From assembly GCF_001194135.2 (NCBI RefSeq), contig NC_068981.1:108281151-108345150 (forward strand): 64,000 nt of DNA. The letters are read 5' to 3'. Position numbers and translations under genes: made by a program. Within the stretch, counting starts at the first letter, position 1. Every line of letters begins with the position of its first letter. This DNA is from Octopus bimaculoides (taxonomy: Eukaryota). The notes below the pieces were generated by a model. That model made no database searches. It was given only the letters and a program-made list of their open reading frames with translations, and was not told the DNA's origin. This document shows positions 41,795-54,200 of the stretch, in pieces.

Positions 41795-41885
41795 GTCATC
41801 ATCATCATCGTCGTTTAACGTCCGCTTTCCATGCTAGCATGGGTTGGACGATTTGACTGAGGACTGGTGAAACCGGATGGCAACA
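41795..41885 (-). mobile_element. RTE 3'-end fragment
   Basis: CATCATCATCATCGTCGTTTAACGTCCGCTTTCCATGCTAGCATGGGTTGGACG. Confidence 0.75.
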
Positions 41886-41894
41886 AGTAAATTG

Positions 41895-42031
41895 CCTTTA
41901 CATATTTATCAGTTAGAAAATTTTGCTTAGAAAATATTTTTCATTTTTAACTTCATATATAGTACACAGTAGAAATTTTTACCTTTAAATTTTGGGAAAA
42001 AAGTGTGGATTATACTCGAGGATTTACGGTA
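41895..42031 (-). mobile_element. Inverted second copy of the pogo-like left end
   Basis: Reverse complement TACCGTAAATCCTCGAGTATAATCCAC...GAAGTTAAAAATGAAAAATATTTTCTAAGCAA matches 41070-41180. Confidence 0.8.
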
Positions 42032-42202
42032 TATATAAATCAAAGCAAAATATTTACTGAAGATACAGAATAAAAGTCTGAAGACTGAAATATAACCAAA
42101 CTATTTAAAAATTTAATCTGTATAAAATAAATATGGCAAATAAGGAATATTAGATCATTCAAGAAGAGATACATACATACATACATATATATATAAATAT
42201 AC

Positions 42203-42333
42203 CTGTGATAATCAGCAACACAATATATTTTGTTTTCAACATCAATTGTAAAAGGTACACCATCTAAACATTCATTACACTGACAACAGCGGAAACAACC
42301 AGGATGGTAAGCTTTACCCATTGCTTGTAAGAT
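42203..42333 (-). CDS. WTIP: LIM gene exon, 131 nt: [43 protein letters not shown](R)
   Basis: Acceptor ttttcag|ATC, donor AG|gtatat (phase 2); lies within ORF 42040..42354; LIM2 zinc ligands present. Confidence 0.97.
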
Positions 42334-42774
42334 CTGAAAACAGAATATGTACATTTATATGAAAAATAATAAAAATACATTTTTTTTAAACAATATTCTA
42401 TTTGTTTTCATATGTCTATAGACGTTATTTTGCTCTGTCTACAATTGTTTCTTCATTTTTGGTTAGACCTACTTTAAGACACTACCCTGTCACATTATAC
42501 TACTCACTTTCACTTTAAAGTAAATACTTTGAATAAAATTCAAGCCTAGAAATATTACCATTATTTCATTTTTAAGTCCCAAACTGAAAAGTAAATATAG
42601 TTCTTTTCACTTTTAACTCCAGTCCTTTAAAATTTCTTTATTGGAGCAAAAAAGAATATTTGTAAAGTAGTTTGGCCAAATTATATACATGGAGCTGCCT
42701 TGAGAGATCATCAGACATTGGAAAACGTAGGATTTATAACAAATTTGAGGGTTTTAATGGTGCATTGTTCATAG

Positions 42775-42986
42775 CGTGCGAGGTTAAGGTACAGGACCGT
42801 TGATCTAATAGTTATGCTCTAATGGCAATAGGAAAACACTGAGATTGAACAGTATCCTTTGTTTCAGTCATTAGACTGCGGCCATGCTGGGGATTCACCT
42901 GGAAGAATTTTTATTTGAATGAATCACCCCCAATACATTTTTTTAAAAAGTCTGGTACTTATTCTATCAGTTCCCTTTTGCTGAAC
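42775..42986 (-). mobile_element. SINE 3' part, runs into a gap
   Basis: TGTTTCAGTCATTAGACTGCGGCCATGCTGG...GGTACTTATTCTATC. Confidence 0.75.
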
Positions 42987-43319
42987 NNNNNNNNNNNNNN
43001 NNNNNNNNNNNNNNNNNNNNNNNNNNNNNNNNNNNNNNNNNNNNNNNNNNNNNNNNNNNNNNNNNNNNNNNNNNNNNNNNNNNNNNNNNNNNNNNNNNNN
43101 NNNNNNNNNNNNNNNNNNNNNNNNNNNNNNNNNNNNNNNNNNNNNNNNNNNNNNNNNNNNNNNNNNNNNNNNNNNNNNNNNNNNNNNNNNNNNNNNNNNN
43201 NNNNNNNNNNNNNNNNNNNNNNNNNNNNNNNNNNNNNNNNNNNNNNNNNNNNNNNNNNNNNNNNNNNNNNNNNNNNNNNNNNNNNNNNNNNNNNNNNNNN
43301 NNNNNNNNNNNNNNNNNTA

Positions 43320-46240
43320 TATATATACTTTTCAAAAGACACAATTCATCATATAAAATATATATAAATATATATCCATATGAGATCACCTGAAATTGTA
43401 AAGGTTGAAGGTCAAATGTACATGATCAATGCATTACAAAATCGAAAATATTAAAAAGATGTATGGGTAGCTCAAAAACGCAAATACTTGAGTGCAGAGA
43501 TCAAATTCATACATATCCTATGGCCGTTTCAGGAAAGGTATTTCAGAATGGGTGAACTATTTGTACCCATCTCAAATATATACATTTCCTTCATCAGGGA
43601 TTAATTGAAAAGTTTAAAAAATTATTTAAAAGATTTTAAAAGACTTCATACTTGGACAAGGTATCCTATGTTGTGATAAAATTTTGTTCAGATAACTATA
43701 AATTCTAAAATGACGGTTGAATATACTACAAATCTTACAGAAAAATGACGCTTTTACGGTTATTCTAAAACATATTGAGAATTTAGGTTTCAATTAACAT
43801 GGGTTGGTTATACTTTAATATGAAAAAAACCTGTTTACAAAATATTAAAGCATCCAAAACTTATTTAATAATATTTTTCTACTTGTATGAAGTAATGTTA
43901 ATGGATTCTTTAGTGCATAAACCACACATTCTAGTGTCTGTTACATGGAGTAGTTTGAATAATTATTGACCAATCTAGTTTAAATTGTTTATTTTGCGCT
44001 TTTAAATTATCTATGTGTCTGGCTAATGCTGTCAAATTTTTCATGCTTGGGTTTGTAAATGAATTTTTGTGCCCCCATATCAAATTTTAAAGTCTATTGT
44101 GTTTTTTTTTCAAACAGGATCCTTTTAATGGGCAAAATTCTGGGGATCGGCAATTACAGGTTTGTTTTATGAAATTCAGATTACTACTCTCCTGATTACG
44201 TTCCATGAATTCCCTTTCCAAAATATCCTTTTTAAGTTTAAATTTATCATTAGCAGCAATGATGAATCCTAAATTAGGTGAATATAACAGTTTTAAACTA
44301 GATTTGTTAAAGATGGGAGGATATAATTATGATCCTGATGAAAGTTTTTTCAATGATCTTAAAGAATAATTCTGGGAGATTCTTAATGTGAAGGGAAAAA
44401 GGTAGGGTGAACCAAATTATTTCCTGTTTTCTAGTGGGTGTATTCCTAACCTGCCAATTTCTTACTGAATTTATTGTAAAGTTATAACTAAAAGGTTGAT
44501 AATATCTCCTATGTATATGGGGAATCCATTGTTCAACAGGCTCACTTACTGATGGAATGTCAATATTTAATTTAGTTAAGCCTGGAAAGAGTTTACTTTT
44601 AAATATTGTATTTCTTATACAATAACTGCCAGGAAAACATATCTTTTAGGGATAAGAACTGGACTCAAAATGACCTTCAGGATAAGTTTGATGTAACAAT
44701 GAGGTCATTGGACTCAGCACAAGTTATATAAGGATGATGCATTATTTACATTAACTGGCTCCCCATTGCAAACTTTGATTAGGACTAGATAAGTTTTGAT
44801 AAAATTTTTTAAGGAATATAACTTAGATATAACATTCGAAAATATTACAAAAGTAGTAAGCTTTCTGGATGTTTACCTTAAATCTCAATAGTGGCTTGTT
44901 TTCCCCTTACAACAAGCCAAATAAAACAATACAGTATATTAATACTATGTCAAATCACCCTAAAAGTGTTATAAATAGGGTAATTAAAGGGGTGTCTATA
45001 AGAATATCTAATCTTTCAGCTAATGAAATAATTTTCAATAATCATGCACAGCACTCAAGAATAGTGGTTTCCATGAGAACGCTTATCATATAATACAATA
45101 ATTAAAAGTAAACTAGGTAAACTCTTTCCAGGCTTAACTAAATTCTGTAAATAAGAGAGATATCATCAACCTTTTAGTTATAACTTTATAATAAAGTCAG
45201 TAAGAAATAGGCAGGTTAGGAATAACCCCACTAGAAAACAGGAACTAATTTGGTTCACCCTGCCTTTTCCCTTCAAGTTAAGAATCTCCCCGAATTGTTC
45301 TTTAAGATCATTGCAAAAAACTTTCATCAAGATTATAATTATATCCTCCCATCTTTAACAAATCTAGTTTAAAACTCTCATATTCACCTAATTTAGGATT
45401 CATCATTGCTGCTAATAATAGATTTAAACTTAAAAAGAATACTTTGGAAAGGGAATCCATGGAATGTAATTAGAAGAGTAGTAATCTGAATTTCATAAAA
45501 CAAACCTGTAATTGCCGATCCCCAGAATTTTGCCTGTTAAAAGGGTCCTGTTTGAGAAAAAATGTAGTTTATAAGTGTGAAGTAAGTACCTCAAAAGAAC
45601 CCAAGAAAATCTACATAGGGAGCACAATAAGCTTTAAAACTAGATATAGGGAGCATAAAAATTCATTTACAAACCCAAGCATGAAAAATTCAACAACACT
45701 AGCCAGACACATAGGTAATTTAAACTAGATTGGTCAACAATTACTCAAACTACTTCATATAAAATACATCCTAGAATGTGTAGATTATGCACTAAAGAAT
45801 CCATTAATACACTTCATGTGAGTAGAAAAATATTATTAAATAAGATTTTGGATGCTTTAATATTTTGTAAACAGGTATTTTTCAACTTGAAAATTTTTTT
45901 ATCATTAAAGTATAGCCAATCCATGTAGTATATTTAACCCTCATTTTAGAATTTATTTTAGTTATCTGAACAAATTTTTATTGCAACATAGGACACCTTG
46001 TACAAGTATGAAGTCTTTTGAAATCTCTTATATAATTTTTTAAACTTTTCAAATAAGGAAATATTTTTGATTTAGCAATGCATTGGCCGTGTACATTTAA
46101 CCTCCAATCTTTTTATGTTTTAGAACAGATTCACAATTTCAGGCAATCTCATACAGATGTATATTTTATATTTATATATATTTTTGTATTTATATATTAT
46201 ATATTTTACATGATGAATTGTGTCTTTCAAAAAATATATT
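43320..46240 (+). mobile_element. Penelope-like retroelement remnant: 5'-truncated RT/GIY-YIG copy (+) preceded by an inverted copy of its own 3' part
   Basis: LYKDDAL (YxDD, ~44730), FLDV..LNLNSG.FSPYNKPN..YIN..SNHP (thumb), VVYK..IYIGST.SFKTRYREHK (GIY-YIG, ~45570-45660); 43320-44605 is the reverse complement of 45100-46240. Confidence 0.88.
43515..43601 (-). ncRNA. Type I hammerhead ribozyme motif, Penelope-associated minimal type
   Basis: Minus strand reads ATCC-CTGATGA-AGGAAA..(internal hairpin)..TTTCCT-GAAA-CGGCCAT-A-GGAT: full core, 4-bp stem I, 6-bp stem II base, near-palindromic stem III ACGGCCAT. Confidence 0.75.
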
Positions 46241-46372
46241 GAGGAAAATAATCTGTTTTTGAAAGGTGCCTTTTCATTGAAATCTGCATTACTCTGTATT
46301 CTCTTAGCTCTATTTAGTGAGTGCCAACTTATTGTTCTGTATAGGAAATTCATTTCCTTCTATTTTCTTCTG

Positions 46373-46405
<33 letters not shown>

Positions 46406-47116
46406 GGGCGTCTTTCAATTTCTGTCTACCAAATCCACTTTGCATTTGAAATGAGTTAGGGGATTTATATTTTGTATTGTTCATAGCTAGAGAGTATAAA
46501 CGTACAATAACATTTCTTTGATATGTAGTGATTGAGTATTTGAGTTGTGAAAAAGGTGACAAAGTTGTCATGTCACCAATTCATAGAAGTATTGTATATT
46601 GGCATAGTGTTTCAGTTTCACATAGAAGATGCTTGTATGCAGAAAGTTAGGAAGCAATAAAGGTAATTTCAACTGCATAAATGTGTGTGTTGTTATAAGT
46701 AACAATAAGTAGTTCCTTAATGTACAGAAGGAAGAGTACACCAAAGCTGATAAGAGTTTATGGACAGATAACCTAGTCAGTACACACAGTAATGATGTAG
46801 TCAAACAAGCTTCCAATCTAAAGATAAATGCAGGACATAGGCAGGCAAATTAGCTAATGGTTCTCATGTAGGGAACAAACACATCACTGATATCAAGTGC
46901 AGTAACACTGCTTTTACCAAAGTTCTCAAGAGTGAAGGACCAATGGTGAGTGACTGGATGCCTACATAATTATTTTACTAAAAGGTTAGAACTTTTAAGA
47001 TACAAAATACTGAATGGATGAGACACTGCTAAAAAACACACACAATCATTGTTATAATGAAAGTAACCCTAGATAAAATTTAGGCAAATGCATATATGCA
47101 GAGAAGTAATACCTAC

Positions 47117-47179
47117 CATATCCATGATCAAATGACCACAAACACAGCATTTATCAGCAGTTTGTTGAAAACCAGAATA
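47117..47179 (-). CDS. WTIP: LIM gene exon, 63 nt: YSGFQQTADKCCVCGHLIMDM
   Basis: Acceptor tttgtttttag|TAT, donor ATG|gtaggt; start of LIM2. Confidence 0.95.
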
Positions 47180-47394
47180 CTAAAAACAAAATATTAGAAA
47201 GAAACAAAATATGAGACAGAAAGCAAAAACAAACGATTTAGAATTTGAGCTAATAATCTTCATTAATTGAGAAGTAAAAATGAGGAATAAAAATTTAGTG
47301 AAAGGATGAATTCTACATAAAACAACCTAAACAAATTAGATCAAAGACTGTATGGATGTATGACGAGGGCTGGTCTTTTGAATATTTCTTTTCT

Positions 47395-47590
47395 CTTTTC
47401 TGTCATCTTTTGTTTCAGTCATTAAACTGTGGCCATGTTGGGGCACCACCTTAAAGGATTCCAGTCAGGCAAATCAACCCCAGTACTTTTTTTTTAAAGC
47501 CTGGGGTTTATTCTATCAGTCACTTCTACTGAACTGATAAGTTACAGGGATGTAAACACACCAACACTGGTGGGGTACAAACAGGTGCGT
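47395..47590 (-). mobile_element. SINE 3' part
   Basis: TTGTTTCAGTCATTAAACTGTGGCCATGTTGG...TTATTCTATC. Confidence 0.75.
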
Positions 47591-47639
47591 GTACGTGTAT
47601 ATATTATGTAGGTAGGTAGGGTAAATCCCTATTCCACAA

Positions 47640-48140
47640 TGCCTAACTTAAGTGATACATTTTCCTCAAATTATAAAAAAACTTAACAGTAATAATTATT
47701 ATCCTTGTAGTAATAATATTCATAATAGTATCAATACAACTTCTAATCTTAGTAATATTACTATTAATATTACTACTTCTTCAGCTATAACTGTGGCTTC
47801 TGATAATACTAACATTACAGCTATTACTACCAATAATAGTAATAGTGGTGATTATAATCATATTAACCATCATGATAATTATAACAATAATAATATTAGC
47901 TATGACTTTAATAATACTACTGATCATAATAATAATAATTACCATAATAATCATATTGAAAATGGATCATATAACAATAATCTCAACAACAATAACATAA
48001 AATCAAATTCAATTAAATTACGCAATTGTTCAATAAAAACATCTTGTCCTTTAAATAATAAATGTCTTCTAGAAAACATAATTTATAAACACTTCCTCCA
48101 TATTCACCATAAAACATGCCACATCTATAAAATTTAAATT
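47640..48140 (+). mobile_element. Penelope-like linker fragment with an Asn-rich microsatellite-derived insert
   Basis: ORF 47652..48137: HFPQIIKKLN...CSNNI, then AAT/ACT-rich tract, then NCSIKTSCPLNNKCLLENIIYK (Cys linker preceding GIY-YIG). Confidence 0.65.
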
Positions 48141-48494
48141 AAGGTATTATAACCAGATTTCTTCTTTCAAATATATGTTTGATTTTTATCACTCTCAGTA
48201 CAAATCCTCAGATCGAAACCCAAACACCGTGAAATGTTCATATTGGAGCTTCCAGTGCGAATGCCAAGAAGTACAGCATGCTGTTTCCAAATTTCTGGCA
48301 GAGTGAATTGTGTCATGGTGGTGTTTTACTCACAGATAGTGCTCAACTCACTGTGCTATATATACTATGTAGTTGACAAAATCAGAAACAAACAATATGC
48401 ATGCGCAAACTTAAAAATATAAAATGGCAACAATTTACCCACCGTACCTTGTATATGTGTGTGTATATGTATGTATGTATTATCTCTCTCACTA

Positions 48495-48496
48495 TA

Positions 48497-48537
<41 letters not shown>

Positions 48538-48580
48538 TGTATCTATGTATGTATGCGTGTGTGTGTGTGTGTGTGTGTAT
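48495..48580. repeat. (TG)n microsatellite, interrupted
   Basis: Direct inspection. Confidence 0.9.
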
Positions 48581-48730
48581 GATGGGTTTCTTCCAGTTTT
48601 CATCTACAAAATCCACTCACAAGGCTTTGGTTGGCTCGAGGTTATAGCAGAAGACACTTGCCTGAGGTGCCACATAGTGGGACTGAACCTGGAACCATGT
48701 GGCTGATAACCAAACTTCTTACCACAGAGT
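48580..48730 (-). mobile_element. tRNA-derived SINE 5' part
   Basis: Reverse complement of the 4262 head and central domain (AAATCCACTCACAAGGCTTTGG...GGAACCATGTGG). Confidence 0.75.
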
Positions 48731-51700
48731 ATTTCTTATTTTGTTGTTGCCTTTTGCAGTGATTTTTTTTTAATTATAAACCTTTCAGTCAGGAGAAACC
48801 AGAGTCTTAACCTGAATGCTTGCAACATTGTGGACTCCACTAAAGGCACCCAAGGTGTCAGGTCACCTGGTTTGGCCTGGGTAATGGATTACATGTTTTT
48901 GCTTAGGTGATTGTGTTTGTGTGTTGCCCTGCATTGTTGGTAGTGAGGCTGCAGGTTAGGTATTGCTATTGGTGATGATAAGCCTTTTTTTTTTTTTTTA
49001 ATTTCTGCACCAGTGAGCCGTCTGACTTTGATCTTGGAGAGCCTTTAATTTTTATGTCACAATGACCAACAGACTTGTCTCAACCTCATCACACAAGGTC
49101 GTTGATGCAGAAAAGCCTGAAACAGGGCTATGAGTGGATATGTGAGTACATGTATAAGTGTTATAGTGGACTTGAGAGGGAGGGAGAACTTGTTTGTAAT
49201 GATGGAACTGTCCTTCTAGTCGCTGCTACTGTCATTTTTACTGCTGTTATTATTGTTCTTGTTGTGGTAATGGTGTTGGCACCAGTATAAGCTTTATTAA
49301 TTACTAGTATAGGCATGATGTAAATTGAAACAGATTTTGTCATTGTTCTATTTATGGTTCTCTGGAAGCCAAGGGATTCAACACCAGTGACCTCACTTGG
49401 CGAACATTCTAGAATGTTCCAAGAATACCAGAGTTATATCCCTTTTAGTAATACCACTATGGCATGGACCATCTCCTAGACGAGCTTTATTCACCAGGGA
49501 GAACCAGCAGTCTTTCAGCCTATATATGGGACAGAGAGATTCGTTCTTTCTCTCTTTGCTACACCGAATCCGATCTGTTCACATCCTTGGTATGGAGAGC
49601 AACTATACTTGTTTACACATGGTCTAAGCTAAGTAGATGGTCTCTAACAGCGACTGTGTGCCTCAAGCCCTTTATGCTACATGACATGTGTATGGATTTC
49701 TCTTGCATCATTAATGAACCATTTGCAGTGCGACTTTCCTTCATACCCTTTCTATTGTATTTCTTTCATGCAGGCAACTAGGCAAAATATTGTATGTAAC
49801 TTTTCACATTTCTGTGCAGCTTCACTCGAAGAATATTCTTGGTGAACTTGTGTCTGTTCTTATTTATAATTAAATTATTTGTGAAGTTTAAGAACGCCTC
49901 CTTCATTATTCTTAACCTTGCATCCGCATTAATATTTTGTACAGAGAAAACTACTACTAGAGTGATGACCGCACAATACTAAACTAGCAAGGACACAGTA
50001 TTTAATTTTGCAACCATAATGTATGATCCAGTATATTAACCCTTTAGTGTCAAGTGTAATGTTTATTTCTTCACATTGTTTTGAATTTATCTCACATTAT
50101 CTTGTAGCTTTGAGATATTGATGATGTGGTTGTCTATTTTATAAATGATATTGTAGTGTTGGTATGAGAGGCCAGTTTGAACATAAAACAGGTAGAATAT
50201 TTTGGTTGGATATGATCAGCTTAAACACTAAAGGGTTAAAGGTTTACAAGTCAGTATTGTGCCTTACTTTTTGTGTCAGCAGCGAGATATTCTACAGATT
50301 TTCTACAGAATTCAGACCCAACACTGTAAGTTATGAATGCAAATACATCTCTGTAAACAATGTAATCAAAGATAGAGAAAAATACATAAAGGATGGTGGG
50401 TGTATATGCATATTCATATATGAAATATCGCAACTTACAGTGCTGGCTCTGAACTCAATAAAAAAAATCTATAGTTTATGATTTAAAAATTAGTATAGGC
50501 TTTGTCCTGTCCATGTTTTACGCTCTGCCATAAACAGAGCGCCAATTAGATGGTTGTTAGCACTATATGTGCAGTACCTTCTCCCTTCCATCACATACAG
50601 CTGAATGTTGTTTGGCAGCTTGATCAGATTGGAGAAGTTTGATTCCTGCTATGTTTGGATCAAGAGTACTATCTCCATCCTAAACCACTCCTGTTCTCAA
50701 ATGTGTGGACTTCCATAATTACTGAGGTGTCATTTCATTGCTTAAAACAGCTCTGACAACCATGTATGATGGTATGAGGATGAAATCCTTGCACTTAACT
50801 AAGGAAGGAAACTGACTTATGGGTTTACCCTCAAAGAGGAATCTAACCACCACCATTCCACATTACTTACAGTGAATAACAAAACTGTTTTCCTTCCATA
50901 TTGCTTTCAGGTACTTTTCCACCTGGCAATGCATTGGTTTTTCCTCTCTCCAACTTTCTGTAATTATGCACTTGTATGTCACTGTGCATCTGCAAATATC
51001 ATCTACCAATACTTGTAACAAGAGCAGAGTAACTTACCTGTGGTCCTTTTGGACAAATCCTCTGCTCTCCTTTAGCTTCTTTTATTGTATCTCTAGTTGC
51101 TCAGTGACCCTTACTATACTTGTAAAAGACATAGTCCCCTTGCAGAAACTATATTGTGTCTATCATTACTGCTGTCACTAAGACAGCCTTTGAAGGTGAG
51201 AGAGCTGGAAGTTTACATTGGAAGATATGGTGATGGCACTGCTTGCAACTGTAGAAGTTGTGCTGTTGCTGTGTTGTTTTTCCTAGTCTTGGCTTCCATA
51301 TTTTTGTGTTCACTAATATGTTGCTGTTGGTGGTAGTGTTGTTTGTAGATGTAGCAGTAGACTGACTTGTTAAATTGGTGGTGGGGTACTGTGAACATAT
51401 TAATACTGTTGTTGCCCTTATTTTTTGCCTTTGGTGTTGTTACTACCACTTCCCTTCATTCATACCAGGATGTCATTTTACAGTAATAATACTGGTTGTT
51501 ATTGTTGCTCTTATCATTTCAATTGCTGCTGCTGTTTGGCATGTTGTGGTGGTTGTTAATATTCCTCTTGCCCACAGTGTTGCTACTTATAGCAGTGCTA
51601 CTCTCTGCCTTACTGCTGTATACTGATGGTGTCAGAATCAACAAACACTTATGTTGCTACACTTATCCAAAAAAGTTTCTAATAAAAGCTCTAAAAGCAA

Positions 51701-52089
51701 GCAATAATTTCTGTACTATTGCTACCATGGTTACCTCCCACTACTTTGCCCTTATCAACACTCAAATTTGTTGACATTTAAGTTAATATGTTTCACCCCT
51801 GACTGCAGACAACAGGTAAAACAGTTTTGTCCCACATAATTAGGAGAGAGACAGATTTTAGATCCAATTTTCTGGAGAATGTCATAAATACTAACAAAAT
51901 TCTTTATTTTTGTCAGAGAAATTTGTGAAAATTGGTTAAACCTTATGCAGCATCAATATTTACAGTCACTGCAACTTATATATGAAAATGATTACTTCTA
52001 TTGCCACAAAGGCAATGGATGTGAGGACATTACACAGACATGTTACATAAACAGTGAAGGCTTTACATTGAGTGTGATGGGAAAACAAC

Positions 52090-52400
52090 AGATGGGAACA
52101 AAGTGATATATAAATGTGTGTCTTTTCAAAAAGAGAATGGCTACTTTGACCCAATCAAAGCACACCACACAAATACTCAAATTATGGACAACCCTCTCCC
52201 ACATTCTACCCATAACATACAGACCATATATTCAAAACAGATCCATTCAGCTACGCCATACTCAAAAGGGAAGCATTCCTCTCTCAACTGTCACATTCTT
52301 CTTTAAGTCATACTCAAAAAAACTAGTAACAACAGTAAAAACCAAATTTTGATATAAGATCCTAAACTGAATTATCATCAAGTTGTATTTCTTTCCATTA
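52090..52400 (+). mobile_element. Penelope-like RT thumb fragment
   Basis: ENGYFDPIK...NPLPH resembles the thumb motif at 44870; disrupted. Confidence 0.4.
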
Positions 52401-54200
52401 TCAAAAGTGCTATGAAATATATTAAGCTCTGCTGAGATGGACCATTTGGAGCAATAAAAATTTGCTGATATTTATAATGAATACTGTGTTGTTGACCTTA
52501 AGCACAACAAAAATCTATTAAACCAATGACCATTGGGAGTTTAGGGGATCAGGATGTTTTCAGCATGAAAATTAATATTATTATGATAACAGTTCTGCTT
52601 TACATCTTAAAGAAATTACACAACAGAAGAAATATGATTTTAAGCGGACAGCAGGAGAATAACCAGCTCAGTGTATAATGTGAAACTATCAAGTGAACCT
52701 ACAATTACTTAAGATGTCTGTAACTAAAATTAATCAAGTATCATTTATTACAAGAAGATCATAACAAAAGTTGAGTAAATAATCAGAATAAATAGGAAAA
52801 AAGATAGGAGTAGTTTGTGAAGATTTAAAGAAATTTTGTTTTTTCATTGTTGAGAACAAAATATAGTTGAAAAAAGTTCTGTTGCCATGATTCATAAACT
52901 ATGTTAAGACAAATCGTTAATTAAGACTAATCAATGTGAAGGTCACCTAAAAATGAATGACATGGTTTATGTGAGGTTTCATGAAAAACTATCATACATT
53001 CAGTGTATAAATAGGATAGATAATTAAGGTTCCTAATAAAAATAATGTTTTATTCTGTTATTGGTTTCAATAATTGCACTGCAGCCGGGCTTGAGCACAG
53101 CCCTCAAGGGGTCTAGTCAATTACATCAGCCACTATTTATCAGTCTCTTTTGCTAACATTTTGGGTAACATTTAACTGAGAAATATACCTATCAGGACAG
53201 ATTGAAAGTATACTATAATTCAATACACTGGTTAGTAACTGAAAATTTCCCATAGCATTCCTGTATATTAGCAGGGAAAATGAAGCAAATCTAAGAAATA
53301 TTTTCTTATGCTTGATTAAATTACAAAATAAGAAATTCTTAATTTTAAATATTTAGAAATTACATGCTGTTGTTTAGCCCCAATCTAGATATGACCATCC
53401 TGTTTATTTTATATATTTTGGACTATATTATCTGGGTAGGGGGGCTCCAAAACAGGTCTCAGGGAGTAGCGTCCCTGCCTTCCTGAGCTAGTTTTCCACC
53501 ACATTTCTTAAAAATCATGGTAGAGGCCTTGGTCTCAGGACCACTTATGTCTAGAAACTGAGGTTGAGAGTAAGCAAGGGCATGCTCCCTGCAAAAAATC
53601 TAGCTCCAAGAAAGCCTCATGATACCAAAGGAGAATAGGCACCAACCAGCCCAAAGGTTGGGGTGGGTTGAACCTGCCTACCTCGGTTGCTATGGCATTG
53701 AGGTAGATCTGGCCACCTCCGTTAACGGGGACAAAACCCAGATTTAAAACACTGGATGATAATGATATCTAATATGATCTTGTGACTTGATCTAAGGAAG
53801 ATTTGACTGCTATTTTTTTTGAGATTGATGACTTCACAAAGACTGCTTTATGGGCATTTAAAATATATCAGCTGTATAAACAAAGACCAACTAAAAAATA
53901 TTTTATTATTTCTGGCTGGACTACAAAATAAAATATTTAGAAAATGTGATTATATATATATTTAGAAATATATATGTTTTAAAAATTATCAACAATGAAA
54001 GAAATATATACTAAACTACTCAAGAAATTATATCTATGTTATATACATACCCCTTAGGCATCAGCTTCTATGAGTCCCTTTCTCTAAGCCTTTCTTCTTT
54101 ATATCATGACAAAAAAGTCACAAGTCCCATTGAAAGCTAGACCTGTACCTAACATCACAGAAAGATGAAGCTTCTTAACTCTAATGAAAGCAATTCCATC

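Noticed and set aside
51200-51780. Hydrophobic ORFs resembling membrane proteins (also 49075-49343)
   Set aside because: Decayed GTT/GCT/GGT triplet repeats
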